Shown: positions 35,627 through 38,800 of the stretch, piece by piece
Numbering within the stretch: position 1 is the first letter of the stretch
Layout: every line of letters starts with the position of its first letter
IMG/VR virus record: IMGVR_UViG_3300017655_000013
Location: 1 to 38,800 of that record
Direction: 5' to 3' (one strand)
DNA from: a virus
Lineage: Duplodnaviria > Caudoviricetes
DNA length: 38,800 nucleotides
Position numbers and translations under genes: made by a program
The notes under the pieces: generated by a model
What the model was told of the DNA's origin: nothing
The model's database searches: none
The model's input: the letters and a program-made list of their open reading frames with translations, nothing else

Positions 35627-36468
35627 TGCAAGACGCAATGGTGTGCTGGCGCAATTGGGCCGATTCTGCAGTCCTCTCGACGACGGTCGACCACACGATC
35701 GTGCACGCGCTCTCGTTGCTCCAGACGCGCAACATGGGCGAGCTGTGCGTCATGAGCGGCAACACGTTCGAGGTGCGCGCCGACCTCGGTCGCGAACGGC
35801 GCATCGACGCTGTCGGGCTACTCGGACTGGAGGGGCAGTACACCGTCAGCACCGGCACGGGCCGGCTGGCCGTTTCGGGTGGGGTCACGATCAGCAACAA
35901 CGCGGACTTCTCGGCCCCGGTCTATGCCCAGGGCTGGGGCTACTCGGAGTATCCGCCATTCGACAACCCGCTCAACGGTCAGCTGCTGCTGGACGCGCCG
36001 GTCTACGCACGGTATGTCAGGCTGATCGCCTTTGAGCCGACGCCAGCGGAGATTGAGCGCGGCGCGGCGCGGCTGTGGGTCGGCCCTGGCCTGCGCGTCA
36101 AGTGCGATGCGGGTTGGTCATCTGGTGGCCGCGATACCGGACAGATTGGCGAGGCGGGTGGCACCGAGGTCACTGCGGCAAAGGGCGTTATCAGTCGCCG
36201 ACTGTCGCTGACGTTCAGCGGCTTCACGCAGCTTGAGGCCATCGGGATCGACCATGCCGGCGAGGCGGTCGACGTGCCCAACTTCGAGGCGCTCAAGCGC
36301 GAGGCGGGCACCACGGGCGAGGTGCTCATCTACCCGAGGACCAAGTCGTTCGCGTGGCTCAACCGGCTCGGCATCCACGGTCGCCTGGAGCAGGTCCCCA
36401 ACGTGCAGCACAAGGCCGGCGTCTACCACGCGACGGGGCTCACCGTCCTGCAGGAGCACGCTGAATGA
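35626..36468 (+). CDS. minor tail protein
   Basis: TGATG coupling; ARYVRL and RLWVG motifs; synteny. Confidence 0.75.
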   Translation: MQDAMVCWRNWADSAVLSTTVDHTIVHALSLLQTRNMGELCVMSGNTFEVRADLGRERRIDAVGLLGLEGQYTVSTGTGRLAVSGGVTISNNADFSAPVYAQGWGYSEYPPFDNPLNGQLLLDAPVYARYVRLIAFEPTPAEIERGAARLWVGPGLRVKCDAGWSSGGRDTGQIGEAGGTEVTAAKGVISRRLSLTFSGFTQLEAIGIDHAGEAVDVPNFEALKREAGTTGEVLIYPRTKSFAWLNRLGIHGRLEQVPNVQHKAGVYHATGLTVLQEHAE

Positions 36469-36830
36469 CGACACCGATCGGCTGGCCGACGACGCACGTC
36501 GAATGCGTGATGCGCCAGGGCGCGAGCGGCACGGTTCGCGTGCGCCTTGTCGTGCTCGATGACGACGGGCAGCCGCTGCCAAGCTATGCCGGCTTTACCG
36601 CCACGCTGGTGCTGATGCGCCTTCCAGGCCGTGCGTGCGTGCTGTCACTGACACCGAGCGTGACGGCAGACGCCGAGCAGCAGATGCTGACCGTCGACGT
36701 GGTGTTCACTACGGCCGACACGCTGACGGTGCCGGAGGGCTACATCGGCGGCGTGCTGTGTGTGCTGGCCCCGGACGGCGAGCGCAACTACCCGGTGTCG
36801 TTCGCAATCGATTTGCGGAGGGCTGCGTAG
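36465..36830 (+). CDS. tail-associated beta protein (BppU N-terminal-like)
   Basis: MRQGASGTVRVRLV...FTTADTLT pattern; synteny. Confidence 0.6.
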   Translation: MTTPIGWPTTHVECVMRQGASGTVRVRLVVLDDDGQPLPSYAGFTATLVLMRLPGRACVLSLTPSVTADAEQQMLTVDVVFTTADTLTVPEGYIGGVLCVLAPDGERNYPVSFAIDLRRAA

Positions 36831-36831
36831 C

Positions 36832-37065
36832 ATGCGTCTGGTCTCCATCAGCGTCGAGTCACTGTCCGGCAATGTGGTGGTCTCGGTCGGGCCTGGCGGT
36901 CCGGGCGTTCCTGGGCCGCCCGGTCCACCAGGTCCACCAGGTCCACCAGGACTACCTGGACCGCCTGGTCCTGGCCAGCTCATCGGCATGACCTCTATCG
37001 CGGCCGTCGAGGCGTATCCGCCGGACGAGGAGCCGGGCGTGCTCTACATCAGGTTCGGATCGTGA
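36832..37065 (+). CDS. collagen-like mini tail-fibre protein
   Basis: Eight G-X-P triplets (GGTCCACCA x3 at 36922-36948); C-terminal PGVLYI. Confidence 0.75.
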   Translation: MRLVSISVESLSGNVVVSVGPGGPGVPGPPGPPGPPGPPGLPGPPGPGQLIGMTSIAAVEAYPPDEEPGVLYIRFGS

Positions 37066-37637
37066 GGCTCGCGGACGCTCTCGCAATCCGCCTGGACGGA
37101 CGCGAGGCGATTGATGCACGGCTCAACGGCGTGCAGGTCTGGCCGGCCAACATGCCGCCTATCCGCCGCCGTTTCGGCAACGAGGCACGCGGACCGCACT
37201 CGTTCGGGACCAGCAACGGCCGATGCGTCGTCGCGCGCTTCACGCTTCCGGAGGCCGCGCGCGACCTCGTCCTCTATCACTTCCTGCGCCTCAACTTCGC
37301 GGGCGCCTGCAGCATGCGCGGCGTGGTCCTGCAGTCGGCGGGCGGCGAGCCTGGTGCGCTCGTCATGGTCAGCGATCCGCAGGTCGTCCCGGCGACGCCG
37401 GACTGGGTAGCGGCACCGCTCCCGGAGCCGCTGCCCGTCGGCACGTACTACATCGGCGCGGTTTGCAGCAGCGACGCGCGCGTGATGGAGGCCAGCGATG
37501 CGCCCGTCGGGTCGCCCGGCGCGACGCGGCTGGCGACCGATTTCAACTTCGCGAACCCGCCTGTGGTGTGGCCAGGGTCGCCCGGTAGCTACGTGTCCGT
37601 GTTGTCGTGCTTCGTCGAGTACACGCCGCAAGCGTAG
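37062..37637 (+). CDS. putative receptor-binding/fibre tip protein
   Basis: N-terminal LADALAIRLDG...LNGVQVWP adaptor-like motif plus beta-rich domain; last tail gene. Confidence 0.65.
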   Translation: MRLADALAIRLDGREAIDARLNGVQVWPANMPPIRRRFGNEARGPHSFGTSNGRCVVARFTLPEAARDLVLYHFLRLNFAGACSMRGVVLQSAGGEPGALVMVSDPQVVPATPDWVAAPLPEPLPVGTYYIGAVCSSDARVMEASDAPVGSPGATRLATDFNFANPPVVWPGSPGSYVSVLSCFVEYTPQA

Positions 37638-37688
37638 CTGCTGTGGCCTGGTACCCATGACGCCTGACTGCGGCGGGTGGATAGTAGA

Positions 37689-37768
37689 TGGAGCGACCAG
37701 GTCGACGCGTCAACGTCGACCTGGTCGCCAACACGCGGAGGTCGGTCCGCGAGCCGGCCACGGCTCCA
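37689..37768 (+). ncRNA. putative structured leader RNA upstream of the methyltransferase
   Basis: Perfect 15-bp stem 37693-37707/37714-37728, second stem CGCGGA/TCCGCG, possible enclosing TGGAGC/GCTCCA. Confidence 0.5.
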
Positions 37769-37821
37769 GCCCGCGCGGGCAGAGAGAGCGTGGCGCACAT
37801 CAGTCTCAGGACCGGAGATTC

Positions 37822-38583
37822 ATGGCTCGACCGATCATCGCTTGGCCCGGCGGAAAGCGCCGGCTGCTGAAGTACCTGCTCTCTGACATCCCATCGCACG
37901 ACAGCTACGTTGAGGTGTTCGGCGGCGGCGCCGCGCTCCTGCTGGCCAAAGAGCCAGCGCATGCCGAGGTGCTCAACGACACGCACGGGGAGCTGGTGCG
38001 GCTCTACCGGTGCGTGCAGCACCACCTCGACGAGCTCGTCCGGCAGTTCCGTTGGGCGCTGGCCAGCCGGGAAATGTTCCGATGGGCGCAGATGCAGGCG
38101 CCGGAGACGCTGACCGATATCCAAAGGGCGGCGCGCTTCTACTACCTCCAGAAGCTCACATTTGGCGGCAAGGCGGTCGGGCAGACGTTCGGCGTAGCTG
38201 CTGGCCAGCCGGCGCGGATCAACCTCCTTCGAATGGAGGAAGACCTCAGCCAGGCGCACCTGCGGCTGGCACGCGTGACGGTGGAGCATCTTCCCTGGCG
38301 CGAGTGCATCGCCCGGTACGACCGGGCGGGTGCGCTGTTCTTCCTGGACCCGCCGTACTGGCAGGTCCAGGGTTACGGCACCCCGTTCCCCCGCGAGGAC
38401 TACGACGCCTTGGCGGCGGCGATGCGGGGCCTGGCTGGACAGGCGGTGCTGACGATCAACGACCACGCCGACATGCGGCAGGCGTTCCGGAGCTTCCGGA
38501 TGGAGCAGGTCGGTATCCGGTACTCGGTCGGTGGCGGGTCCCAGCGCCGCGAGACCGGGGAGCTGATCTACCGGACCTGGTAG
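37822..38583 (+). CDS. D12-class N6-adenine DNA methyltransferase (Dam-like)
   Basis: WPGGK, YVEVFGGGA, EVLND and FFLDPPY motifs; GGAG RBS; occupies the mom position. Confidence 0.95.
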   Translation: MARPIIAWPGGKRRLLKYLLSDIPSHDSYVEVFGGGAALLLAKEPAHAEVLNDTHGELVRLYRCVQHHLDELVRQFRWALASREMFRWAQMQAPETLTDIQRAARFYYLQKLTFGGKAVGQTFGVAAGQPARINLLRMEEDLSQAHLRLARVTVEHLPWRECIARYDRAGALFFLDPPYWQVQGYGTPFPREDYDALAAAMRGLAGQAVLTINDHADMRQAFRSFRMEQVGIRYSVGGGSQRRETGELIYRTW

Positions 38584-38585
38584 GC

Positions 38586-38625
38586 TTGCGGCCGTCGCCA
38601 TTTCGTTGCGATGGCCGCAAAATTT
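38586..38625 (+). terminator. stem-loop after the methyltransferase gene
   Basis: TTGCGGCCGTCGC-N9-GCGATGGCCGCAA (one G-U pair) followed by AATTT. Confidence 0.5.
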
Positions 38626-38633
38626 GCCGTGAT

Positions 38634-38677
38634 CGATTTATCGCGCCACGGCGGCCGATTTATCGCGCGCCGCTACA
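38634..38677 (-). repeat. right end with two putative transposase-binding boxes
   Basis: CGATTTATCGCGC at 38634 and 38656 (22 bp apart); terminal CA at 38676-38677. Confidence 0.9.
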
Positions 38678-38800
38678 GGAGCCTTGCGTCGCGGCGAACG
38701 GGAGGTTGCCGGCGGTCCCGAGGGCACTGTGCCGCGATCGGTTTGTCGATGCAAGTATCGATTTCATGTTAGTGAAACTTATGGTTCAATCGTAGCGGAC

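Larger units (their letters stand above)
122..38677. mobile_element. Mu-like (B3/BcepMu-type layout) transposable prophage, non-contractile tail
   Basis: TG...CA ends with matching sub-terminal boxes; DDE transposase, AAA ATPase, GemA, Mor, DUF3486/terminase/DUF935 portal/F/G/I head module; early genes leftward, late genes rightward; no tail sheath gene. Confidence 0.95.

Noticed and set aside
36922-36948. GGTCCACCA tandem repeat as a CRISPR or non-coding repeat
   Set aside because: It encodes Gly-Pro-Pro and has no spacers; I saw no CRISPR array, tRNA or rRNA in the window.
37688-37870. 60-aa ORF as a Com-like regulator
   Set aside because: No CxxC...CxxC finger; it overlaps the structured leader and the methyltransferase start.
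33080-38583. Tropism switching by invertase or diversity-generating retroelement
   Set aside because: No recombinase, reverse transcriptase, inverted crossover sites or TR/VR pair found.
38678-38768. Minus-strand ATG frame in the right flank as the 5' half of the left-flank gene
   Set aside because: No duplication supports joining the flanks, and a 5-bp join does not restore the left-flank reading frame.

Overview
The window holds an apparently complete (about 38.6 kb) Mu-like transposable prophage with B3/BcepMu-type gene order, from TG at 122 to CA at 38677, with about 120 bp of flanking DNA on each side. Both ends carry two GYGMGAWAAAT boxes 22 bp apart at identical offsets, the likely transposase sites, but no clean target-site duplication is visible. 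The leftward early/middle arm (about 270-11720) encodes a Ner/Cro-like protein, an IclR-type HTH protein, a DUF3102-like protein, a DDE transposase, an HTH-AAA ATPase (MuB/ExeA-like), DUF3164, DUF2528-like, GemA and Mor. An XRE repressor and a lipoprotein run rightward, followed by lysis, head and non-contractile tail genes (no sheath, -1 frameshifted chaperone, 2015-aa tape measure, SPRY-like tail protein, collagen mini-protein) and a terminal D12-class adenine methyltransferase. The most unusual signal is an AT-rich palindrome inside the DUF3102-like gene whose half-site (CGCAACATTTG) recurs just inside both prophage ends. Other leads are an Acb2-like mini-protein, an orphan at the G-I position where Pseudomonas Mu-like phages keep anti-CRISPR genes, and an uncalled antisense two-TM gene before the tape measure. 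All family calls come from motif recognition and synteny, not database searches, and the host cannot be identified from this window.
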